64,000 bases of DNA from an uncultured Gammaproteobacteria bacterium (lineage in GTDB: Bacteria > Patescibacteriota > Patescibacteriia > SG8-24), in the NCBI GenBank assembly GCA_964407925.1, contig CAYOXM010000004.1, positions 12,389 through 76,388 on the forward strand. Reading direction: 5' to 3'. Below the pieces are notes generated by a model. That model was not told where the DNA came from and made no database searches. It was given only the letters and a program-made list of their open reading frames with translations. The position numbers and the translations under genes are program-made. This document shows, one piece after another, positions 48,131 through 55,292 of the stretch. Positions within the stretch are counted from its first letter, which is position 1, and each line of letters starts with the position of its first letter.

Positions 48131-49393
48131 TCATACCACGCACTCGCGCCGTTCTACGTTGGCGTACCCGAAAATCTTTTTGAAGAGATCGACGGTCGCC
48201 GCGTCGCCCGAGGCCTTGTCGAGATTGTTCGACAGCTTCACGAGCGGATGCCCGTTGGCCTCGGTCGCCTTCACGACGAACGAACCGAACGTCGGCAGTC
48301 CCGTGTCGTTCGAGAGCGTCGTCCCCCATCCCGGCTTCATCGCCTTGAAGCGATTGCGAAAGGTGAGATGGAGCGCGATGACCGAATCGACGTCGAGCCC
48401 GTCGGTCGGGTTCAGGACCTTCGTCCGCGGGTCGACGCCGTGCGACCTGAGGTACGCCTCGAGCATCTCTCCCTCGTGGAACGGATTGCCCGAGTCGACC
48501 TTGTAGACGTTCCAGGCCGCGGCGCGTTCGGCGCCGAAGTCCTCGAAGAACGCCTTGGAGCCGTACGTGTCGAGCACCGCCGTGCTCCAGCGCGGGCCGA
48601 ACGTCGCCATCCAGTCGTCCATGAACTTCATGTGCGACGCGCGGATTTCCGCCCGGAGTCCCCAGTGGATGCCGGAATAGACCATCGGGCCTTGATGCGC
48701 GAACGTGCCGATGACCGGCCAGCCGAGTTCCTTGGCCATCCAGACGTGCGAGATGCCGGCCAGTTGTCCGGGGATTTCCCGGACGAGCGTCTCGTCGATG
48801 AACCGCGACAGTTCGTAGCTGAATTGCCGCCGCAGGCCGAACTCCCCGAACTGGAGGTCCGGGTACTGCCGCAGGAGCTCGATCTTGCGACCGAGCCTGC
48901 GGCCGGCCTCGGCCCAGAGCCGGCGTTCCGTGACGCCATGCTGACGCATCACCCACTCGCCGTTCAGCTTGGTGATGATCGGCAGGATGAAGGTTTCCCA
49001 GTCCATGCCGTCGCACCAGGCGCCATGCGGCTCGATGCGATATGTCGGCCCGTCGGGCGACGCGACCTTCTCGATGTCGATCGCCGACAGCCAGTTCGTC
49101 TGGAGATAGCCGAGATACTCGTCGGGCAGGAAGCCGTTCGGGACGCCGACGCCGAACTTGGCGCGGAGCCACTCGATTTCCTCCGCCGTGTAGGCGAGAC
49201 GGCTGACATGCCCGATCTCCTCGCGGAGCCGGCCCTCGTCAATGCGTTCGCCGAGCACGATGCCCTTGGAGCGGTTCTTGAATCCCCAGCGGACGTGGAC
49301 GTCGCGATGCCGCAGCCAGGCGAAGTAGCCCATGGTGACGTAGTACCAGTCCTTCTGCAGGCGGCTGCTCACGATCGGCTTGTCGTTGGTCAT
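48131..49393 (-). CDS. pncB: nicotinate phosphoribosyltransferase
   Basis: 420 aa; NAPRTase-family length and features. Own SD (GGAGGAG) and TACAAT -10-like box upstream. Confidence 0.85.
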   Translation of the reverse strand: MTNDKPIVSSRLQKDWYYVTMGYFAWLRHRDVHVRWGFKNRSKGIVLGERIDEGRLREEIGHVSRLAYTAEEIEWLRAKFGVGVPNGFLPDEYLGYLQTNWLSAIDIEKVASPDGPTYRIEPHGAWCDGMDWETFILPIITKLNGEWVMRQHGVTERRLWAEAGRRLGRKIELLRQYPDLQFGEFGLRRQFSYELSRFIDETLVREIPGQLAGISHVWMAKELGWPVIGTFAHQGPMVYSGIHWGLRAEIRASHMKFMDDWMATFGPRWSTAVLDTYGSKAFFEDFGAERAAAWNVYKVDSGNPFHEGEMLEAYLRSHGVDPRTKVLNPTDGLDVDSVIALHLTFRNRFKAMKPGWGTTLSNDTGLPTFGSFVVKATEANGHPLVKLSNNLDKASGDAATVDLFKKIFGYANVERRECVV

Positions 49394-49509
49394 GTCTCCT
49401 CCAAAATCGGGGCGTGGTATGGATTGTAACGATCAGGCTTGATCTTCCGCGGGCGACCGGATGTCACCGGCGGAAGAAGAAGGGCAAGCGCGAGGCTTGC
49501 CGTGCCGCG

Positions 49510-50037
49510 CTAGGCGGCGAGCGCGTTCCATTCGCTGCGGAGCATCGACATGCGCACCATGTCGTGATACACGCCGTCGAGCAGGTACTCCTGGCGAAGG
49601 ACGCCCTCCTGGACGAAGCCCATCTTGGCGTACGTCGTCCGTGAACGGACGTTCTCGACGAAAACGTTCAGGTAGACCTTGTTGAGGTCGAGCTGCGTGG
49701 GATCGAAGGCCACGGCGAGCGCCGCGCTGATCGCCGCCCTGCCATACCCCTTGCCGCGGTCATCCTTCCGGAAGACGAGCAGGCCGAGACGGGCGGTGCG
49801 AAGGTGCTCGTCGATCTCATGGAGGCCGACCGTGCCGACGAGGACGCCGTCGGCATCCACGCCCCACAGCCGCTCGGCGGGATTCGCGAGCACCTTTTCG
49901 AGGTATGCGCGCTGCCGTGGGACCGTCACCGGCGCGGAGAAGAACTTGAGGTTCCTCGTCGCCCCGGGATCGAGCGCGTCGACCATGCGCGCGGCGTCAT
50001 CCGCACTCACGGGAACCAACCGGATCGTCATGGCTTC
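49510..50037 (-). CDS. GNAT family N-acetyltransferase (RimJ/RimL-like)
   Basis: Internal start MTIRLVPVSADD of ORF 49510..50511 (the upstream 158 codons are R-rich noise). 'LLVFRKDDRGKGYGRAAI' acetyl-CoA binding motif. Confidence 0.8.
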   Translation of the reverse strand, partial: EAMTIRLVPVSADDAARMVDALDPGATRNLKFFSAPVTVPRQRAYLEKVLANPAERLWGVDADGVLVGTVGLHEIDEHLRTARLGLLVFRKDDRGKGYGRAAISAALAVAFDPTQLDLNKVYLNVFVENVRSRTTYAKMGFVQEGVLRQEYLLDGVYHDMVRMSMLRSEWNALAA

Positions 50038-50042
50038 CTCCT

Positions 50043-51431
50043 TCACGGAAACAGGTCTTCGGCGAGTTTTGCCGCCATGTCGCGATGCGGCGAGAAGGCG
50101 ATCTCGACCGAGGCCACGCGACTCGGCCGAATGCGCATCGCGCAGACTTCGCCGCGGTCCTGGCCGTCGACGAACGCGCGGATCGGACGCTTCCGGAAAT
50201 CGAGCGATGCGATCTCGACCGACGAATCGAGCGAGAGCGGCGCCGACTTCCAGCCGCGCGGCGAGAACACGTTGTTGCCGACGATGAGCCAGCCGCGCGT
50301 GTCGACGAGGAGCGGCGTCGCGCCCATCGAGCGCGCGTAACCGGTGGAACCGGCCGCGGTGCTCACGAGCGCGCCATCCGCGACGAGCTTTTCGATGCGC
50401 GCGTGGCCGTCGACTTTCACCTCGAGCCAGGCGCACTGCCCGGTGCCGCAGGCGACCCACGCGTCGTTGAACGCGTAGGAGCCGAAACGGTCGCCGCGCA
50501 GGTCCTGGCACTCGACGTAAAGCTGCGGGAGCTGCTGCACGCGGAGACTGTCGAAGAAGAAGCCGGGATCCTGCAGGTCGTCGTCGATCTCGTTCAGCAG
50601 ATATCCGCGGTGTCCCGCGTTCAGCCCGACGAACGGCAGGCGGCGACGCCAGTGCTTGCGGATGGCCCGCAGCATGGTGCCGTCGCCGCCGATGGCGACG
50701 AAGCAGTTGGCCGAATCTTCCGTCGTCGCGATGCCGGACAGCCGTTCTGCCAGCGCCTTCGCGCGCGGATTGCGCTCGTCGACGAAGACGAACGGTCGCG
50801 GGTCACCGAGGCGCAAGGTCGTCGTCTGCGACGGCGTGCCGCCGCGGTACAGGTTGTACCGCTCCATGTAGGCCGCGACCTCCGGGACGACCCGGTCGGC
50901 ATACGGTTGCCGCCGGAACGCCCGTTCGCGGACGTCAGTGCTCGAACCGCCGTTCATGCCGTCGATCACGATGCGCTGCGGCGGGAGGTCTGCGGGGTTG
51001 CAGGGGAAGTCGTTGCGCGTCATCACGACGAAGCGGCAGGTACGCCACAGGCGCTCCCCCTCCTCCCACTGCCGCTGGATGGGCGACTGCCCGTCCTTGC
51101 CGCCGGCAATCAGGTCCGTGCCGACCACGTGCCAGATTTCGCCGCCTTCTCGCAAACCGTACAGCTCGTCGAGCCGGTGGGTCTTCGTGAAGGTGGCGTG
51201 CTCGAGGTCGAACAAGTCGACCTGCGCCTTGGGGATGCCGCGGAAGGTCAGGTCCGCCATCACCGCCCGATGGACGGGCTCGATGTCGTTGGTCTGCTCC
51301 TTGTCCGGGCGCGGCCCGCACGGGATGACGATGATCTTTTCGAAATGCGGGACGAGCGCCGCGGCGACGTCGCGATGATGCGCCGCCGACGGGTTGAAAC
51401 TCCCGCCGAACAGGGCGACTTTTGCGGTCAT
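50043..51431 (-). CDS. nadD-nadK: fusion protein: NaMN/NMN adenylyltransferase (NadD-like) N-terminal domain + NAD kinase (NadK) C-terminal domain
   Basis: N-terminus 'VALFGGSFNPSAAHHRD' (nucleotidyltransferase (H/T)xGH-type motif, NadD-like). C-terminal half 'NCFVAIGGDGTMLRAI', 'NDAWV', 'TAAGSTGYARSMGATPL' (NAD kinase GGDG and conserved C-terminal motifs). Confidence 0.8.
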   Translation of the reverse strand: MTAKVALFGGSFNPSAAHHRDVAAALVPHFEKIIVIPCGPRPDKEQTNDIEPVHRAVMADLTFRGIPKAQVDLFDLEHATFTKTHRLDELYGLREGGEIWHVVGTDLIAGGKDGQSPIQRQWEEGERLWRTCRFVVMTRNDFPCNPADLPPQRIVIDGMNGGSSTDVRERAFRRQPYADRVVPEVAAYMERYNLYRGGTPSQTTTLRLGDPRPFVFVDERNPRAKALAERLSGIATTEDSANCFVAIGGDGTMLRAIRKHWRRRLPFVGLNAGHRGYLLNEIDDDLQDPGFFFDSLRVQQLPQLYVECQDLRGDRFGSYAFNDAWVACGTGQCAWLEVKVDGHARIEKLVADGALVSTAAGSTGYARSMGATPLLVDTRGWLIVGNNVFSPRGWKSAPLSLDSSVEIASLDFRKRPIRAFVDGQDRGEVCAMRIRPSRVASVEIAFSPHRDMAAKLAEDLFP

Positions 51432-51463
51432 TGCGCACCTCTTGGATGGAGGTCAAGGAACGT

Positions 51464-51490
51464 TTGCCGCAAGCGACATGCTTGCGGCAA
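51464..51490 (-). promoter_or_regulatory. perfect 11-bp inverted repeat TTGCCGCAAGC-N5-GCTTGCGGCAA upstream of nadD-nadK (candidate operator)
   Basis: Located ~35 nt upstream of the ATG, just upstream of a TTGACC box and the AGAGGTG SD; not followed by a U-run, so unlikely to be a terminator. Confidence 0.5.
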
Positions 51491-51590
51491 GAGAGCTTGC
51501 GCCGACGCCGCCGTCAGCGGAAATTCTCTGAAAAGATATCCGAGGACGGACCGCGCACGGCGGTCCGCCCCGGGGTCGTGACGAAAGGGA

Positions 51591-52376
51591 TCACTTTGCC
51601 GCGAGCTGGTCGGCGACGATGATGCGCACGCCGGCGTCTGCCATGAGCAGCGTCATCTTCTCCTCGAGGCCGGGAATCGGCACCGAGCGCGTCGCGTCCT
51701 TGATGACGCAGACCTCGAAGCCGCGCTTGGCGAAACCGAGGGCGCTGTAGCCGACGCAGTGGGTGAAGGCGTTGCCGTCCATGAAGACGCGCTTCACGCC
51801 CTCGTCCCGCATCTGCTCCGCAAGACCGGTCGTCCTGCCGAGGTTGTCGCTCTCGGCGCTGTACGAGTCGCACAGCGGGTCGTACCCCTTGAGGAGCACG
51901 AGACGGAAACCGAGGTCGCGGAGCGCGGGATGGAGCTCGGCCTCTTCGGAACCGATCCCGCCGTGCTCCGGCCAGAGCGTCTGCTTCTTGTCGGTCGTCC
52001 CCTCGAGGTAGTGCATCAGGTCGAACAGGCTGATGCCTGCCGCGCGAATGACGGCGGACGGATCCGTGCCGTCATTGATCCAGCCGAGCACGCGGTCGAG
52101 GGTGAGGTCGTCGTACGGCTTGAAGCCGACGTACGACGACACCCAGGAGACGTGCCCTCGCGGATGCTGGTCGAGCGAGGCGAACCGCCGCTCGACCGGG
52201 AAGAACGACGTATTCCGGAGGACGACGGGGAGAATCTCGTGGCCGCCGGGTACCGGGAGCCCGCCGCCTTTGACCGGCTTTCCGTCCCAGGAATGGTCGG
52301 GCATGAAAGCGGTCTGGACGTCGGTGTGAAGGATTGCATCGGTCTCCGGATCGATGACGATTGTGCCGTTATGCAT
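51591..52376 (-). CDS. pncA: isochorismatase-family nicotinamidase
   Basis: Internal start MHNGTIVIDPETDA...; 'VQTAFMPDHSWDGKP' and Cys-containing 'THCVGYSALGF' typical of PncA-like nicotinamidases. Confidence 0.7.
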   Translation of the reverse strand: MHNGTIVIDPETDAILHTDVQTAFMPDHSWDGKPVKGGGLPVPGGHEILPVVLRNTSFFPVERRFASLDQHPRGHVSWVSSYVGFKPYDDLTLDRVLGWINDGTDPSAVIRAAGISLFDLMHYLEGTTDKKQTLWPEHGGIGSEEAELHPALRDLGFRLVLLKGYDPLCDSYSAESDNLGRTTGLAEQMRDEGVKRVFMDGNAFTHCVGYSALGFAKRGFEVCVIKDATRSVPIPGLEEKMTLLMADAGVRIIVADQLAAK

Positions 52377-52407
52377 CGGACGTTCCTTTCGTGGTGGAAG
52401 GAGCTGA

Positions 52408-52460
52408 TATCCGCCGACTTTGGCGAAAAAACGCGAAGGCGGATAACGCCGAACGCTATC
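52408..52460 (-). promoter_or_regulatory. inverted repeats upstream of pncA (TATCCGCC-N22-GGCGGATA; GATAACGCC-G-AACGCTATC): candidate NrtR/regulator site
   Basis: Two overlapping IR systems in the 119-nt nrtR-pncA gap; the second is a 9-1-9 IR with one mismatch. Confidence 0.4.
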
Positions 52461-52495
52461 GCGTTTCTGACCTTCCGTCAAGGCGGCCGACCGCC

Positions 52496-53167
52496 TTAAA
52501 AGAGCGCGATGTCCGCCTTCCTGCGCGACCGGAAACGGTACAACGCCGCGGGACGATGCGCGCCGCCGCGATCACGCTTTCCGGTATCGGCGAGAAGGTC
52601 GAGGGAGAGGATTTTTTTGCGGAAGTTCCGCTTGTCGAGCGTACGGCCGAGGATGGCCTCGTACGTCGCCTGGAGCGCCGAGAGCGTGAATGCCTCGGGA
52701 AGCAGGCTCCACGCCACGTTCGCGTACTGCAACTTCGCCCGGACGCGCCCGAGCGCGTACCGGAGCATGGACTCGTGGTCGTATGCGAGCCTCGGCAGCG
52801 CGCCGACGGGCCAGAAGCGCACGTCGGCGTACTTCTCGGAGGTACGCAAGCGGACGCCGTCGTGCGGCACGAGCGCGAATGAAGCGATGCTCACCACGCG
52901 GCCGAACGGGTCGCGGCGGGGATCGTCAAACGTGGCGAGCTGCTCGAGGTAGAGGTCGGTGACGCCGGTCTGCTCGCGCAGGATGCGGCGCGCGGCGTCC
53001 TCCGACGTCTCGTCGTCGCCCAGCAGGCCGCCCGGCATCGCCCACCGCCCGGCGAACGGCTTCTTTTTCATCTGGATGAGCAGGACGTGCAGCTCCCCTC
53101 CGCGCACCGTAAAAATGGCGGCATCGACGGCGACCTTGATGTCCTGAGACGAGGGGTGGCGCGGCAT
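52496..53167 (-). CDS. nrtR: Nudix-related transcriptional regulator of NAD metabolism (NrtR-like): Nudix domain + C-terminal winged-helix-like domain
   Basis: 223 aa; N-terminal Nudix fold with degenerate Nudix box (GRWAMPGGLLGDDETSEDAARRILREQTG), ~80-aa C-terminal extension ending ...ALYRF. Sits at the head of the pncA/nadD/pncB/nadE cluster. Confidence 0.6.
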   Translation of the reverse strand: MPRHPSSQDIKVAVDAAIFTVRGGELHVLLIQMKKKPFAGRWAMPGGLLGDDETSEDAARRILREQTGVTDLYLEQLATFDDPRRDPFGRVVSIASFALVPHDGVRLRTSEKYADVRFWPVGALPRLAYDHESMLRYALGRVRAKLQYANVAWSLLPEAFTLSALQATYEAILGRTLDKRNFRKKILSLDLLADTGKRDRGGAHRPAALYRFRSRRKADIALF

Positions 53168-53262
53168 GGTCGTTAGTTAGTGTTCGATGGACGTAAAGTA
53201 GCACCACCCGCCCCGGCGGTCAACCCGCGGCAAAGAAAAAAGGGCCGACGTCGTCGGACCTC

Positions 53263-53913
53263 TCAGTGCGCCGCGCGCGCCGGCACTTCGCCGCCGTTCG
53301 GCAGACAGCAACGGGCGCGCATCCATCCCTTCCCCGCCCCGAAAGCCTCGTGCGGGAACCAGACGACGGCGTCCTGAAGCACCATGCCGCCCCTGCCGAC
53401 CCGGGAATTGCCGCGGACGAAACTCAGCCGAAGCGGCCGCAGTTCCTCCTCGACGACCTGCGCTACGGCAGTCACCGTCAGCGCGCCGAGCAGATGCCGC
53501 TCGTCGCCGCGGGCGCCGCCGTCGACCGCGATGCACGGCGTCGGATCGATTTCCGCCACGGGACGCCGGTCGCGCGTCGTGAGCGCGTCCTTCCCGGGGT
53601 CATAGACGCACCAGGCCGCGCCGAGCAGGTACACGCGCAGCACGAGCGGACCGGTGACGATCACCTGATGGTCAGGCGCGGCCTCGTGGTACTTCCGGAT
53701 GCCCGCCCACTTCTCGTACGACTGCCTGCGGGCGGGGTCGGGCCACGGGACGGCGGCGTCGGACCACGTCGCGACGCCGTTGCCGAAACGCTTCGCGAGA
53801 CGGCCGACGAGCGTCGAGTACGCGCCGAAGACGCGCGCGAAGTTGAACAGCGGACCCTCGACGAGTGCCGCTCCGCCGGAAATGACGTAACGGCTCGGAC
53901 CGGTCATGCGCAT
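53263..53913 (-). CDS. conserved hypothetical protein, paralog A (WC(V)YDP ... FPH motif family)
   Basis: 216-aa ORF; clear paralogy to 54517..55176 (ALVEG..F, WP(D/E)P, YLLG..WCV(Y/H)DP, (W/T)FPH..(F/Y)G.GKG). Followed by a terminator. Confidence 0.6.
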   Translation of the reverse strand: MRMTGPSRYVISGGAALVEGPLFNFARVFGAYSTLVGRLAKRFGNGVATWSDAAVPWPDPARRQSYEKWAGIRKYHEAAPDHQVIVTGPLVLRVYLLGAAWCVYDPGKDALTTRDRRPVAEIDPTPCIAVDGGARGDERHLLGALTVTAVAQVVEEELRPLRLSFVRGNSRVGRGGMVLQDAVVWFPHEAFGAGKGWMRARCCLPNGGEVPARAAH

Positions 53914-54027
53914 TCCTTTCGCAAGGAGCTGTCGGTAAGGATGGCAGGATTACCGCCCTTGTCAACGCCCTGTTCCCCTTCCCGCGGCACGATGTTATCA
54001 TCGGCGCACCGCCCTACGGAGAACGCC

Positions 54028-54453
54028 ATGAAAACGAGAGTCGAGGGAAAACGCGTCATCGTGAGCTTGGAGCGCGGCGATGCCGTGCGCGCGTCGGTCG
54101 AGGCCGTCGCCAAGGAGCGCGGCATTCTCGGCGCCGCGGTGACCGCCATCGGCGCGATCGAGAATCCGGAGCTCGGTTTCTACCGGCTCGACGAAAAACG
54201 CTACGAACGCAAGCGGTTCCCCGGCATCTGGGAGCTGGTGAGCCTGCTCGGCAATGTCACGGCGAAGGACGGCGAGCCGTTCATGCACGCGCACGTCGCC
54301 ATCGGCGGTCCGGATTTCGCCGTCTACGGCGGCCACCTCTTCGACGCCACGACCGGCGTCGTCGTGGAGCTCGTCATCGAACCGTTCGACCGCCCGCTCG
54401 AACGCGTCCTCTGCGAGGACATCGGCCTCCACCGCTGGGAGCCGCAACGCTGA
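54028..54453 (+). CDS. PPC/DUF296 domain protein
   Basis: Internal Met of the GC-frame ORF 53266..54453; 141 aa with PPC-domain features (AIGAIENPELGFY; HAHVAIGGPDFAVYGGHLFDATTGVVVELVI). GGAG SD 9 nt upstream; terminator downstream. Confidence 0.7.
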   Translation: MKTRVEGKRVIVSLERGDAVRASVEAVAKERGILGAAVTAIGAIENPELGFYRLDEKRYERKRFPGIWELVSLLGNVTAKDGEPFMHAHVAIGGPDFAVYGGHLFDATTGVVVELVIEPFDRPLERVLCEDIGLHRWEPQR

Positions 54454-54455
54454 TA

Positions 54456-54483
54456 CCCCCCCGCTGCCGCGGGGGCTTTTTTT
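54456..54483 (+). terminator. terminator after the PPC/DUF296 gene
   Basis: CCCCCCGC-TGC-CGCGGGGG-CTTTTTTT. Confidence 0.8.
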
Positions 54484-54485
54484 AA

Positions 54486-54512
54486 AAAAACAGCCCCGCA
54501 AAATGCGGGGCG
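54486..54512 (-). terminator. terminator after paralog B (convergent with the previous)
   Basis: Minus strand GCCCCGC-ATTTT-GCGGGGC followed by TGTTTTTTT. Confidence 0.75.
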
Positions 54513-54516
54513 CCGG

Positions 54517-55176
54517 TCAGTTCGCCTTCTGGTCCGTATCCGCAGGGTCGCCGTCGGGTTCGACGCAGCGCACGCGGACGAAGTCGCGGCCTTTGCCGTA
54601 GACGGCGTGCGGGAACGTCACGTACGCGACGAGCAGCGCGCGTCCGGTGGCGCGATCGACTCGCGGCCCGCTCGCCTCGAAAGCGAGCCCGAGATGCGCA
54701 AGATTCGCCGTGACGATACGGCGCGCGACAGCGATGTCGCGCTCGTCCGCCATGCCGTACTGGTTCGGCCCGATCTGCTCGCCGTAAATGCAGACGACCG
54801 GTTGCGGCTCGAGGTCGGCGACGTCCTCCCCGAGCGGCGTGGTGATGCGTCCGGTCGCGGGATCATGCACGCACCAGGTCTTGCCGAGCAGGTACGCCTT
54901 CACGGTCATCCTGCCCATCACATGCACGAGCGCCTCGTCCACGACCTCGTAGAGTTCCGCCATCCCGTACCAGGCCTTGCGTGCCGTCGCCTTTCCCGGC
55001 TCGGGCCAAGGAATCTTTTTCTGATGCGCCGGGTGGGCCGTCGAAAGCGTCGTCGCGCCGTCAGCGAACTCCTCGGCGAGCGCGCCGACGAGCTCCTCGT
55101 AGGCATCGAGGATGACGTTCAGGTCGAAACGATTTCCCTCAACGAGGGCGTAACCGTGCATCACGCGCGGGTTCAT
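54517..55176 (-). CDS. conserved hypothetical protein, paralog B
   Basis: C-terminal 219 codons of the artefactual 1167-aa ORF 54517..58020 (a different frame from PBP1A): MNPRVMHGYALVEGNRFDL...WCVHDP...TFPHAVYGKGRDF; paralog of 53263..53913; terminator downstream. Confidence 0.6.
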   Translation of the reverse strand: MNPRVMHGYALVEGNRFDLNVILDAYEELVGALAEEFADGATTLSTAHPAHQKKIPWPEPGKATARKAWYGMAELYEVVDEALVHVMGRMTVKAYLLGKTWCVHDPATGRITTPLGEDVADLEPQPVVCIYGEQIGPNQYGMADERDIAVARRIVTANLAHLGLAFEASGPRVDRATGRALLVAYVTFPHAVYGKGRDFVRVRCVEPDGDPADTDQKAN

Positions 55177-55292
55177 CGGCGTGCTCCTTTCTTTGGAAGG
55201 GACTTGTCCAAGCTTTGCCCTTTCCGCGAGCCTCGTCAACCCCGCGCCGCAAAAGAAAAACCGTCCCGCAATTCTGCGGGACGGCCTGCCGT

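Noticed and set aside
52480-52497. Hairpin AAGGCGG-CCGA-CCGCCTT overlapping the nrtR stop as a terminator
   Set aside because: It is not followed by a U-tract on the minus strand, so it is more likely part of the pncA regulatory region or a stability hairpin.
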